Shown here: in pieces, positions 1 through 8,952 of the stretch | How positions within the stretch are numbered: position 1 is the stretch's first letter | How the letters are laid out: each line of letters begins with the position of its first letter | From: a virus | Reading direction: 5' to 3' (one strand) | Virus record (IMG/VR): IMGVR_UViG_3300011763_000009 | Coordinates: 13,182 to 77,181 of that record | Length of the DNA stretch: 64,000 bases | Program-made: the position numbers and the translations under genes | Notes under the pieces: generated by a model | What the model was told of the DNA's origin: nothing | The model's database searches: none | What the model saw: the letters and a program-made list of their open reading frames with translations, nothing else

Positions 1-1
1 T

Positions 2-601
2 GTATGTTTCTGAATCCATCCATTTTGCGATTTCCTTCGGATCTCGACCTGACCGGGCGGCGTAGAGATCAACCATTGCCTGATCAAATGGCTCAAGCCA
101 CTCGCTGGTCTCCCGCATATCGTGCCTGTTACCGACGGCGACGACCCAACAATTGTGGATCATGACGAAGGAAGCAGCCCCGATATGGATAGTGTCGCCA
201 GCCATAGCTATGATCGATGCCGCAGATGCAGCCATGCCCATGATCTTGATCGTAATGGGCTGCGAGTGTTCCCGCAGAACATTGTAGATCGCGATCCCTT
301 CGAACATGTCGCCACCGGGACTGTTGATCTGAACCTCAACCGGACGCGGGCCAATCGCGCGCAGCTGCGCAGCAATCTTTTTTGCGGTGACACCGCCGCC
401 AGACCAGTAGTCCTCTCCGATGGCTTCAAACATGGTGATGACATTGTCGCCTTGATCGACGGCGCGAACACCTGCCGATTCCGAAGCCCACTTGTCGAAG
501 ACGCTCGGCTTCGTAAGAGCTGACACATCGCGATTTGCGGGGATCGGTAAAGCGCCTGGTCGAGCCTTGGCAAAGACGCGCGTGCGGTGGTCATGTTTCA
601 T
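2..601 (-). CDS. ClpP-type (S14) prohead maturation protease, 3'-truncated by the window edge
   Basis: Hand translation MKHDHRTRVF...INSPGGDMFEGIAIYN...GMAASAASIIAMAGD...MIHNCW gives ClpP motifs; directly after portal; absent from the ORF track. Confidence 0.9.
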   Translation of the reverse strand, partial: MKHDHRTRVFAKARPGALPIPANRDVSALTKPSVFDKWASESAGVRAVDQGDNVITMFEAIGEDYWSGGGVTAKKIAAQLRAIGPRPVEVQINSPGGDMFEGIAIYNVLREHSQPITIKIMGMAASAASIIAMAGDTIHIGAASFVMIHNCWVVAVGNRHDMRETSEWLEPFDQAMVDLYAARSGRDPKEIAKWMDSETY

Positions 602-1871
602 TGTCGCGGGTCTCCTTTGGGGCAGCGGCACTCGCTGTGCCCTTGCTGACCGTGTCTCCATCTGGCGTTTCCGGATAATCCGAAAGGTCGCGAACTTCAT
701 TCTGCGAGAGCCAGCCCGGCGCACCGCCAGAGCCAAGCGCCTTGGCAAAGAAATCGGCCTGGTCTTTCATCGACCCTCGAAGCAGCGCGCCCGGATTGAA
801 TTTTGCGGAATATCGATCCCGTTCACTCTCTTCGAGAAGGCTGCGCTCCGCTGCCTGCTGCCAGCTTTCGAACCACGGCCCGAGCGCGTATTGAACGAAG
901 AACCGCCCGAGAGCCTCAATACCGGATCCCCAGCTTGTCTCATCCACCATCAAAAGCGGACGAGGGACGCCGGTCACGCGAGCAATTTCTTCAACCTGCA
1001 TCTTGCGGGCTTCGATCAGCTGCGAATCCTTGGCGTTGGTATCGCGCTTGCTGTATTTCAGACCCTCTTCGAGGATCATGTTTTTACCGGCGTTCTCTGC
1101 GCCCTCTTTTTCGGCGAGAGAAGATTTCAGGCGCTCGAAAGCCTCATCAGAAAGCTTGCCGGGATGCTCCAGTGCTCCACCTACCATGGACCCGTTCTTG
1201 AATATTCGGGCGGCGGCCAATTCAGCGGAAAGAGCAATTCCAATAGCGTCTCTGGCCTGCTTTACGAGCGATATGCCGTTGATGCCGTCGATGGAGATGC
1301 CACGAAGGTGGAAAATCTCCTCACCGGCATAGAGTTTCTGACCGCCAGACTTCGGCTGATATCGATAGCTGACCGACCAGTCCGGGTTCTGGATGGGTGT
1401 AACCCTTTCCGGATCCAACGGGATCAGGCGAGACACAGCGCGACGGCCTGTTTTGATGTTTTGGCCTCTGATTATCAGGGCATAAGCATTTCCATGAGCC
1501 AAAGCCCGCAGCTGCATCAGTACCCGGAAATCGAATGCCGTTTGCCAGTTGTTTGGCTGGCGATGGAGCACCCGGTAGAGAGGGTGATCGGTTGCCTTTT
1601 CCTTGGTGTTCTCATCGATCAGCTGAAACGGCAGCATGCCGATCGCATTCGATATCAAGCTGAAAGCACGAAACAGCGAGGTATTACGCATAGCTGTTTC
1701 GACGGTGACCGTGGCGCCCGAACCGGACTCATGACCTGTGCGCAGGAATTCCAGAAGGCGCGGATCGTCAAGCGAATAGGTCACATAACCGGTTCCGCCC
1801 GAATCCGCTCTTGGCTGCGCTGCCTGCACGTCTGATGCGGAGGATCCGAACAACTTCCCGAAAAAACCCAC
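591..1871 (-). CDS. HK97-family portal protein
   Basis: 426 aa; HPLYRVLHRQPN, GNAYALI, IFHLR, EEIARVTGVP motifs. Confidence 0.95.
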   Translation of the reverse strand: MGFFGKLFGSSASDVQAAQPRADSGGTGYVTYSLDDPRLLEFLRTGHESGSGATVTVETAMRNTSLFRAFSLISNAIGMLPFQLIDENTKEKATDHPLYRVLHRQPNNWQTAFDFRVLMQLRALAHGNAYALIIRGQNIKTGRRAVSRLIPLDPERVTPIQNPDWSVSYRYQPKSGGQKLYAGEEIFHLRGISIDGINGISLVKQARDAIGIALSAELAAARIFKNGSMVGGALEHPGKLSDEAFERLKSSLAEKEGAENAGKNMILEEGLKYSKRDTNAKDSQLIEARKMQVEEIARVTGVPRPLLMVDETSWGSGIEALGRFFVQYALGPWFESWQQAAERSLLEESERDRYSAKFNPGALLRGSMKDQADFFAKALGSGGAPGWLSQNEVRDLSDYPETPDGDTVSKGTASAAAPKETRDNET

Positions 1872-1872
1872 G

Positions 1873-3579
1873 TCAAACCATCCTTATGCCGCGAGTTTCG
1901 TAAACCGACGGACCGTTTGCCTCCGGGTTCCTGCCCATCAGCTCGCCAGCGTTGAAGGCAGCTACCAAGGGGTCTATCTTGGAGCTGGCCGTTTTCTTCT
2001 CGATGTAAATATTGCTGCCGCGCTGTTCGGCACGGGCGTTCTGGACACACCAATTAAGCAGGCCAGAGCCGCAATGTTTCATTGTGCCGTCAGCAAGTTT
2101 TCGCTCTATTCCGAAGATCGAGGCGGAAAGTTTGTAGCCTTGCGAAACGGCCTTCACCATCGGATCGACGATCGAGTAACCGGCAAGTTCTTCCAGCAAC
2201 GCCGTGACACCGTTCGGATCAAGCCCGATCGCACCAACTTCCGGCAGCTTTCCCGCATCACGCAAACTAGCGATGATAGCCGCCGCTTCCTCGACATCCT
2301 GAGTGACGCGCTTGCAAATGACCAGGTCACCGGCCCGCTCAAAATCATTGAGTTTTTCGACGATTTCCGGGTGACGCTTGAGAACGGAGGGCTGCGCCCA
2401 GGCTTTCGCCCACAGCAACCAGCGCCGAGTCACCTTGTGCCGACCGATCGCCGCAAGCCCCCAAAGGTCAAGAAGTCCGCCAACGTCGCCACCCACAACA
2501 ATCACGTCGCACTCATCAATGAGATATTGAAGCGTGATGCATTTGTCGGCGGCAGCTTCCCAATAGTCAGCGCCGATCCAGCGATCCGAGTGCAGCGCAA
2601 GGCCAATTTCAACATTCAGATGCTGGCTGGCCCAGCGACGCTCTTCTTCCTCACCCTTCTTCTGTGCCGTCTGCCATTCCTCGATCAAGCGATCGAGTGT
2701 GATGGATCGGCCCAAGTTCGGCAGGACCATGTGCCAGTTCTTCGGATCCTTCCAAGGCTTCCTATCGCTGGTCTGCATCTCCTCCGGAAACTCGTAGAGA
2801 ACCGGGAGGGTGCTGCTATCCGTGATGCTGCCATCACGAACGCCGCGAGCATATTGAAGTTCTGACTTAAAGACACCCGACGGCGGTTCGTCGCTCTGGG
2901 TGGTGATGATGATCAGAAACGACTCTTTGTTCGGGATCAGGCCGCCGCTAATCTGGCCTAGAACACGCGATGCGTATGAATACGACGACATGACGTGCAG
3001 CTCGTCGAGCAGAACACCGGCTGGCTTGGAACCCGTCAAGACTTTCATGTCGAAGGTCTTGATGCGCAGCTTTGCCTTGTTGAGCCGGTCAACGATCGTC
3101 TTTTTATGCTCGATGGCATGGAACCGTTTTGCCAGATACGGATCCGCTTCGATCATGCCAGCGGCCTGCTGATATGCAGTGTCGGCAACATCCTGCGTCG
3201 GACCGATCAGCAAGAACTCGGCGCGTGGTCGCTTGTTCATCAACAGCGCCGTCACCATAATTCCAGCGCCGCCAGTCGTCTTGGAATTCTTCTTCGGTAC
3301 AAGGCCGAAGACATTTCGAACGTGCCTCTCTCCCTGTTCATCGATCGAGCCGAAGATTGCCCTGACGATATCTCGAAACCAGTCGCCGGCGGCGTCCTTC
3401 ATGTACGGCTGGTCAGGCACATCCGGAAGACGAAGGTTATCGAAGATGCCGACAGCCCTGTTGCCCTCATCCAGATCAAGAGGAAGATCCGGAACAATCG
3501 GTCGACCATCGCGAAGCCGATCTGCCCAGTCGGGACAAGAAAAATTCCACTCAGCCTTTATTGCAGAAGCGAAGCCCAT
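1873..3579 (-). CDS. terL: Terminase large subunit
   Basis: Walker A-like VPKKNSKTT, Walker B LLDELH, ITTQS, C-terminal KIDPLVA. Confidence 0.95.
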   Translation of the reverse strand: MGFASAIKAEWNFSCPDWADRLRDGRPIVPDLPLDLDEGNRAVGIFDNLRLPDVPDQPYMKDAAGDWFRDIVRAIFGSIDEQGERHVRNVFGLVPKKNSKTTGGAGIMVTALLMNKRPRAEFLLIGPTQDVADTAYQQAAGMIEADPYLAKRFHAIEHKKTIVDRLNKAKLRIKTFDMKVLTGSKPAGVLLDELHVMSSYSYASRVLGQISGGLIPNKESFLIIITTQSDEPPSGVFKSELQYARGVRDGSITDSSTLPVLYEFPEEMQTSDRKPWKDPKNWHMVLPNLGRSITLDRLIEEWQTAQKKGEEEERRWASQHLNVEIGLALHSDRWIGADYWEAAADKCITLQYLIDECDVIVVGGDVGGLLDLWGLAAIGRHKVTRRWLLWAKAWAQPSVLKRHPEIVEKLNDFERAGDLVICKRVTQDVEEAAAIIASLRDAGKLPEVGAIGLDPNGVTALLEELAGYSIVDPMVKAVSQGYKLSASIFGIERKLADGTMKHCGSGLLNWCVQNARAEQRGSNIYIEKKTASSKIDPLVAAFNAGELMGRNPEANGPSVYETRGIRMV

Positions 3580-4019
3580 GGAGTGCCTTCATGCGCCGTA
3601 TGGGCGTCTCTGTCGGCGGCCTCCTTTTTGCCGAGCTTTTCATCCGGCGTTTTCTCCGGAGATCTCGGTATCGGCACAGCGGGCGCACCCTGTTTTTCGA
3701 TGATGTCGAAGATCCGCGAGATGGCGACGGAGTTGCCGGACTTCATTTTCTTGAGCGTGACTTCCAGCGCCATGCCCTCAATCCGGTCAGCACCATCCTG
3801 AAGCTCCCGGGAAAAATTCTTCCGCAAAGTCTTCTCGTCGCATCCAATGTACCCTGCAATGCGAGGCTGGGTCCAACCTGCCGCCCGAAGCAAGCAGACA
3901 AGCTCTTGATTTTCATTGGTTTTCGCAAACGATGGCCGTCCGCGCCGATCCTTGATTGGCATCACCGGTTTGCCGAACAGATCGTATTCGACATCCTTGC
4001 CGGAAAAATCGTCTGTCAC
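3558..4019 (-). CDS. terS: Terminase small subunit
   Basis: GRP motif plus HTH (IAGYIGCDEKTLRKNF), LGKKE tail; directly upstream of terL. Confidence 0.8.
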   Translation of the reverse strand: MTDDFSGKDVEYDLFGKPVMPIKDRRGRPSFAKTNENQELVCLLRAAGWTQPRIAGYIGCDEKTLRKNFSRELQDGADRIEGMALEVTLKKMKSGNSVAISRIFDIIEKQGAPAVPIPRSPEKTPDEKLGKKEAADRDAHTAHEGTPWASLLQ

Positions 4020-4130
4020 GGTAAAAAAAATCTCCGAATGTGGGGGACGCGGGTGCGGGAGGTCGAGGCCTTCCCGACTTTCGACCCCCCCCCTCCCGAT
4101 GTGACATTTCGGTCACAGATATCAAAGGTG
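4020..4130 (-). other. Putative cos/packaging region
   Basis: Non-coding G-run...ACCCGCG...GATTTTTTTT block between the HNH cluster and terS, the usual position in HK97-like phages. Confidence 0.5.
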
Positions 4131-4131
4131 T

Positions 4132-4332
4132 CTAGGCACCCGCCTGATCGGTCAGATCGTCATCGACTTCGACAACGACGTTCGTACCACTCACCAATCC
4201 GGCCAACCGAAAGAGCCATGTCGCGACGGTCATACGAGGACCAAACATTCGAGGCATCTTCACACCGATGCGAAGACGACGAAGAAGATCAGAACCATCA
4301 ACGATGATCTCACCACAGTCTCGTGCCATCAT
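4132..4332 (-). CDS. Small hypothetical phage protein
   Basis: ATGA-coupled to the HNH stop; MMARDCGEIIV... Confidence 0.5.
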   Translation of the reverse strand: MMARDCGEIIVDGSDLLRRLRIGVKMPRMFGPRMTVATWLFRLAGLVSGTNVVVEVDDDLTDQAGA

Positions 4333-4697
4333 CTCCAACGGTCTCGCGACCGCTCCTCTCGTTGCTTCAGTGTGTCGTGACAAGGCTTGCACAGCGTTTG
4401 CAGGTTCTTCTCATCGAAGAACAACGCCTCATCACCCTTGTGAGGCGTGACATGGTCGCAGATGAGTTTCGACGTGTTGCCTTCGATCTTGCCACAGCCC
4501 GCCATCTGACAAGTGAACAAGTCGCGCTTGAATGTCTCAATGCGCAGGCGCTTCCATCGAACCAGCTGGTACCATTTGCGCCAAGGCTCTGCGGTCTGCC
4601 GATGCTTGTTGCGGTCCTGCTCATCACCAGGTGCGGGACCCAGCCGAGGAGGCAACGTGCCGAGCGTCGGCTTGAGTGTGGTAAGTCTACTGGCCAT
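4329..4697 (-). CDS. Terminase-associated HNH endonuclease (HK97 gp74-like)
   Basis: RDLFTCQMAGC...CDHVTPHKGD...NLQTLCKPCHD; start reassigned to ATG 4697. Confidence 0.9.
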   Translation of the reverse strand: MASRLTTLKPTLGTLPPRLGPAPGDEQDRNKHRQTAEPWRKWYQLVRWKRLRIETFKRDLFTCQMAGCGKIEGNTSKLICDHVTPHKGDEALFFDEKNLQTLCKPCHDTLKQREERSRDRWR

Positions 4698-4708
4698 ACC
4701 TACAATGC

Positions 4709-4733
4709 AAAAAGGCGACCGTCTGGCCGCCTT
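4709..4733 (-). terminator. Intrinsic terminator in the late-operon leader
   Basis: AAGGCGGCC-AGAC-GGTCGCCTTTTT: 9-bp stem with one GU pair, then a U-run. Confidence 0.8.
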
Positions 4734-4757
4734 GTGGTTCGTCGTCGCATAGCTGTA

Positions 4758-4808
4758 GCACTGGCCCTGAATCGGTGTCTCGCTTGGGAGACTGTCAGGA
4801 CTGGGTGC
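4758..4808 (-). ncRNA. Putative structured leader RNA element
   Basis: Nested stems GCAC/GTGC, GTCCTGA/TCAGGGC, GTCTC/GAGAC. Confidence 0.5.
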
Positions 4809-4855
4809 GGGCGCGAGCGTAACCGCCACTAAGAACCGCATCGACCGTGGGCAGA

Positions 4856-4885
4856 TTTGTACTCACACTTTCTCAAGCATTGCAA
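4856..4885 (-). promoter_or_regulatory. Candidate late promoter (pR'-like)
   Basis: TTGCAA-N18-TACAAA overlapping the end of the NusG-like gene. Confidence 0.35.
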
Positions 4886-5513
4886 GCGGCATGTTAAACA
4901 CCGTGGGCTTTCCGAAGATGACGATGGTGACAACCGCATCACCGTGTCCGGCCTCACCAAAGGCGTCTACCTCAACCTCAAAGCCAACAAACGGACCACT
5001 TGTAATTCTAACCTTGTCACCCTTCTTAATGGCGTCAGAGCGGCGGCTGTGGTCATATGCGCCAGCCTCCGCCAATTCCTTGAACTCATTGATTGTTTCA
5101 TTACTGATCTTGACGGCATGATCGCCGCCCATAACGATGCTTTTGACGTGATCGAAAGACAATATTCCACGTAGTGCATGGTTGTCTGGCAGGCAGAACA
5201 CGAACAGTATTCCATTGAAAACTGGGGTCTTTGCGGCGGGAATCCGGCGCCTGTGTCGCTTCCTTTCCGGCCCCATGCGCATGATCACGCAAGCCTCTAT
5301 ACCGGCCTCGATCATGGCATTTTCAACAGCCTTTTCCCGTCCATACTCGACGCGCGCTATCACCCAAGCCGAATCACGCACGGTAAGCGCCCTCTGTTTC
5401 GACGCCGATTCGCGCTCATGAGCGACCCTTGCCGCCTCCTGAGCGATCTTGTCCAGCTTCATAAGCCCTCTGAGGGATACGCCGGAAATGCCGTCAAACT
5501 TATGCTGCATCAT
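4863..5513 (-). CDS. NusG-family (NGN+KOW) protein, putative late antiterminator
   Basis: WVIARVEYGREKAV, PVFNGILFV, KOW motif GDKVRITSGPFVGF, IFGKPT. Confidence 0.88.
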   Translation of the reverse strand: MMQHKFDGISGVSLRGLMKLDKIAQEAARVAHERESASKQRALTVRDSAWVIARVEYGREKAVENAMIEAGIEACVIMRMGPERKRHRRRIPAAKTPVFNGILFVFCLPDNHALRGILSFDHVKSIVMGGDHAVKISNETINEFKELAEAGAYDHSRRSDAIKKGDKVRITSGPFVGFEVEVDAFGEAGHGDAVVTIVIFGKPTVFNMPLAMLEKV

Positions 5514-6744
5514 CGTTCCGTCCCTCGTTAAGTCTGTCTTTGAATTTTTCGATTGCGACGAACACGGCCTCATCGAGGTCGGCTACATCAGCAGGCAATG
5601 GCGGAAACTGGGCAAAATCCAGAACATCGGGAGCAACCGGCCACGGCCAGCAGCGCTCTGCATAGGCACGCCTCCATGCCTCCCAAACCTCGCCACCAAC
5701 AGCGACCTTTTCGAAGTCCTTGCTGATCTCGATAATCCGGTTCACCACTGTGAAGCGGCGACGCTCCATCAGCTGCACGGCCTCTGGCCAGCCCTGCTTT
5801 TCCTTCTTGTCACGCCAAATCAGATCGTTCTTTTCAGGGTGCGCATTGACGATATGCTGCTCCAACGGAGTGAGCGACAATACTCGAACAGGCTGTAGCA
5901 GCTTGGACATCAGCATGGCGCGACCAGCTCGCGAGAACACAGTGAAGGTTTCCGAGCTTTCGGCCTGCGGAGAGATCGGCTGAGGCTGAGAGAGCTTCGT
6001 CCAGCGCCGCTCATTCAGGTACTTCGCCGCAGAGCAGAGATACTTTCGACCGGTGGACAGAGCTACAGTCTGATAGTTCTCCGAGAGAGCAAGGGCAGCG
6101 GCACGCTCATCCGGCGACAGTGCGCACCATTCTCGGCGGGCATCCCGCTCGCTGTCGTGAATGCTCGTCTTCCACGAAAAGAAGAACCGCTTAAACGCTG
6201 TCTCAATCGCTTTCGGATTTTCTTCCTCAATCCTTGCAACCGCGCCGGCAGGCGTCTCTCTCTCTTTTCGTTCAACAGGAGGCGTTAAAGGAGAGGCGTT
6301 AATAGGTGCCGGTCCAGAACAGGCAGGGGGTGCCGACTCTGGGCAGGCAGGGGGTGCCGATATACCGGCAGGGGGTGCGTCGTTTGCGAACTCGGAAGTA
6401 GGATCAAATTCCTTTTCATCTTCCTCATCCCATGCATCAAACGCAGAGCTTGCGACGGCAGAATCATAGATCACGCGATACCAATGAGCGCTATCGCGTC
6501 CATTCGCGCTGACGACTTCGCGCCGCTCGACCGCGCCAATTTCCACCAGCCGCGTGATCGCCGATTGCACTGTTGAGCGCGAGCAGTTGAGCGCCTGCGC
6601 AAGCTTCACCTGGCTGCGCCGGCACCATCCGTGACGCGTGTTGGCGTTGCGACCAAGCATGCACAGCACTTGCAGGTCTTTCCCCTTCAGGCGCGGATCT
6701 GCGATAATCCAGCCGGGAATGATTGATAGTCTTGGCTCGTTCAT
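5500..6744 (-). CDS. Replication initiator (N-terminal wHTH, lambda O-like position)
   Basis: SQVKLAQALNCSRSTVQSAITRL HTH; internal DNA repeats; AKYLNERRW motif. Confidence 0.8.
   Translation of the reverse strand: MNEPRLSIIPGWIIADPRLKGKDLQVLCMLGRNANTRHGWCRRSQVKLAQALNCSRSTVQSAITRLVEIGAVERREVVSANGRDSAHWYRVIYDSAVASSAFDAWDEEDEKEFDPTSEFANDAPPAGISAPPACPESAPPACSGPAPINASPLTPPVERKERETPAGAVARIEEENPKAIETAFKRFFFSWKTSIHDSERDARREWCALSPDERAAALALSENYQTVALSTGRKYLCSAAKYLNERRWTKLSQPQPISPQAESSETFTVFSRAGRAMLMSKLLQPVRVLSLTPLEQHIVNAHPEKNDLIWRDKKEKQGWPEAVQLMERRRFTVVNRIIEISKDFEKVAVGGEVWEAWRRAYAERCWPWPVAPDVLDFAQFPPLPADVADLDEAVFVAIEKFKDRLNEGRNDDAA
6304..6379. repeat. Iteron-like direct repeats (putative phage ori)
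   Basis: CAGGCAGGGGGTGCCGA at 6320 and 6344, variant at 6365, partial copy at 6304. Confidence 0.7.
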
Positions 6745-6757
6745 CTGCCCCTTCCCC

Positions 6758-7051
6758 TTAATACCGCGCAGCCGGAAGCCCCAGCGCGATGCGTTCCATA
6801 CGCCCACGCGCCGCGCCCACTTCCATGCGCATTGATTTGTCGCCGTCCGCACCGCGCTCGCGCCGCAGATCCGCCAATTCTATTTCGAGATAGTCGAGGC
6901 CCTCGCGGAACCGTGCGTTCAGCAGCCGGTTTCGGATGGTCATTTCGCAGGAGAGCAGAACGTCGAGCGGACACGACAATAGCCACGCCGCCCGCTCCTC
7001 GCGCGTCCGCGCCGCCTCCAGCTGCTCAATTCTCGGTATGATCGCAATCAT
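6758..7051 (-). CDS. Hypothetical phage protein
   Basis: ATGA-coupled in the operon. Confidence 0.7.
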   Translation of the reverse strand: MIAIIPRIEQLEAARTREERAAWLLSCPLDVLLSCEMTIRNRLLNARFREGLDYLEIELADLRRERGADGDKSMRMEVGAARGRMERIALGLPAARY

Positions 7052-8952
7052 GCCGCCACCGCCGTGACAGCAAGATGTCCGCAGTTCGCTGCGACAAGCG
7101 CCCTTGCGACGGGCGGGCAGACGCTGTTACCGACACAGGAGACCTGCACCTCTTTCGAGAACGGAACCCATGTCGGTTCGCCGCCGCGTGAGCGATCGAA
7201 ATACCCGTCGATCTGGTAGTCGCGCGGGAAGCCCTGCGCGTTGAACAGCTCGCGAGGCGACAGCATGCGCATGCCGATGTCGACCACCACGAATGTGACG
7301 CCGTCGATTTCAATGGTGACGAATTCTCGCTCATCCCAGACGCCATGCGCCCGAAGGAAGTCAGCAACCTGCCGTGCACGCGCGGCCTGCGCTTCGGTGA
7401 AGGGCGGAGCGTCCACGGTCGCCTCGATGTGCCCGAAGCGGTCACGCGTCGTGATTGTCCGGCACGCTTCATCCTCGCGAGCACCCTCTCCGGTCCCATA
7501 GTAGGATTGCAAATACGGCATGATGAGGCGGCTTTTGCCCTGCCCTTCCGGCATAATCGTTGCGGATGGTTCAACCACGCTGTGACCTGTCGAGGTGCCG
7601 AAGTCTCGCGCGATGTAGGCCGAGACAAGCTGCTGATGACTGCCGGTCTGGGTGACGGTCGACAACGCCTCATCCAATGGACGGCCCGGATTGACACCGC
7701 CGACGCGCCGACTGTCATTGTTGGCTTGAGCCATGTAGCCGACCAGAACCGAATTCTGATCTTTCTTGCTGGCTGTAATGGTATGCGACTGCCCATCCAC
7801 CGGCCTGCAAGCGCCACCCTGCTGAGCATAGGTCAGCACCGGCGCCAGCAAGCCAAGGGGCGCCGCCCCACCTGGACGCTTGATGTAGCTGTTTGCGGTG
7901 ATCGTTGGCAATTGATCGTCCATAGCAACGCCAGTTGCGCCAGTGTTAAAACGCTGGATAGACGGCGAGATCAGAGCCTTTTCGCCACGATGAGCGCCGG
8001 TAATAGTTTTAAGGCTGTCATCGAGATCTTCGACCCGACCGCCATGCGTCAGATTGGCGAGGAATGGCCGCCGGGCCTTTAGAACGAACCGATCAAAGCC
8101 ACGTGCCACGCGAGCCTGAGATGCATCCGCGATTGGTCGCACGGACCGAACGCCGAATTTTTCCCATATCTCTGCCGAGGTATCGAAAATCGAAGGGCAA
8201 GGCAGGCTCCAATCAATTTCATTCGCCATGATCGGCCACGGAAGCTTACGTCCTGCAACTACGTCAGCGTCGTCAGGTGCACCGTGCGTCTCCTCTGGCC
8301 AGACGATGGGTTTGCCATCGAAACGCAGGATGATGAAAAGCCGCTTGCGGATGGTCGTGGCACCATAGCTGCGGCCACGGATCTCGCGACTTTCCATTTT
8401 CCCGCCGAGCTGGCGAAGCTTCTTGCACCATTTCTGGTAAGTCTGGCCTTTCCGCTCAGGATCTGGCCGCAACCCCTTTTCGGTCTCGATCAGCGGACCG
8501 TAATCCTTGAACTCCTCGACATTCTCCATGATGACGACATCAACCTTGCCGCCGCTCTGCTGGATGCGCTCGATCCAGCCGGGAATGATCCAGCAAAGGT
8601 CGCGAATATTACGCTCGACCGGCTTGCCGCCCTTGGCCTTGCTGAAATGCTTGCAGTCTGGAGAGAACCAGGCGAGGCCAATATGCTTGCCGCGCAAATG
8701 ATCGAGAGGATCGATCTTGTATACGTTCTCCGACAGATGGATTGTCTCGGGGTGATTAGCCTCATGCAGCGCCAAAGCCGCCGCATTGTGGTTGATCGCA
8801 TAATCGGGCGAGCGGCCAAGCGCTTGCTCAATCCCGGTCGAGGCGCCACCGCCACCAGCGAAACTATCGATGATATACGGACCATGCGGCCCAAGAGCAG
8901 GCACCGCGACCGAGTGACGAAGCTCAAACAGATTTCCGGCGTACGCATTCAT
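7048..8952 (-). CDS. C5-cytosine DNA methyltransferase (orphan)
   Basis: FAGGGG, SPDCKHFS, ENV, RKRLF, RMLSPRELFNAQGFP, GNSVCPP. Confidence 0.93.
   Translation of the reverse strand: MNAYAGNLFELRHSVAVPALGPHGPYIIDSFAGGGGASTGIEQALGRSPDYAINHNAAALALHEANHPETIHLSENVYKIDPLDHLRGKHIGLAWFSPDCKHFSKAKGGKPVERNIRDLCWIIPGWIERIQQSGGKVDVVIMENVEEFKDYGPLIETEKGLRPDPERKGQTYQKWCKKLRQLGGKMESREIRGRSYGATTIRKRLFIILRFDGKPIVWPEETHGAPDDADVVAGRKLPWPIMANEIDWSLPCPSIFDTSAEIWEKFGVRSVRPIADASQARVARGFDRFVLKARRPFLANLTHGGRVEDLDDSLKTITGAHRGEKALISPSIQRFNTGATGVAMDDQLPTITANSYIKRPGGAAPLGLLAPVLTYAQQGGACRPVDGQSHTITASKKDQNSVLVGYMAQANNDSRRVGGVNPGRPLDEALSTVTQTGSHQQLVSAYIARDFGTSTGHSVVEPSATIMPEGQGKSRLIMPYLQSYYGTGEGAREDEACRTITTRDRFGHIEATVDAPPFTEAQAARARQVADFLRAHGVWDEREFVTIEIDGVTFVVVDIGMRMLSPRELFNAQGFPRDYQIDGYFDRSRGGEPTWVPFSKEVQVSCVGNSVCPPVARALVAANCGHLAVTAVAA

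Noticed and set aside
208..594. ORF-track 128-aa minus-strand ORF
   Set aside because: Wrong frame; the ClpP protease frame starts at 601
492..4307. Long plus-strand ORFs (492-1835, 2074-2865, 2995-3801, 3561-4307)
   Set aside because: Antisense shadows of portal and terminase genes in GC-rich DNA; no motifs
7026..7829. Alternative-frame ORF in the first C5 MTase as a second beta subunit
   Set aside because: That MTase has its own motif IX (RMLSPRELFNAQGFP), and the alternative ORF lacks MTase motifs
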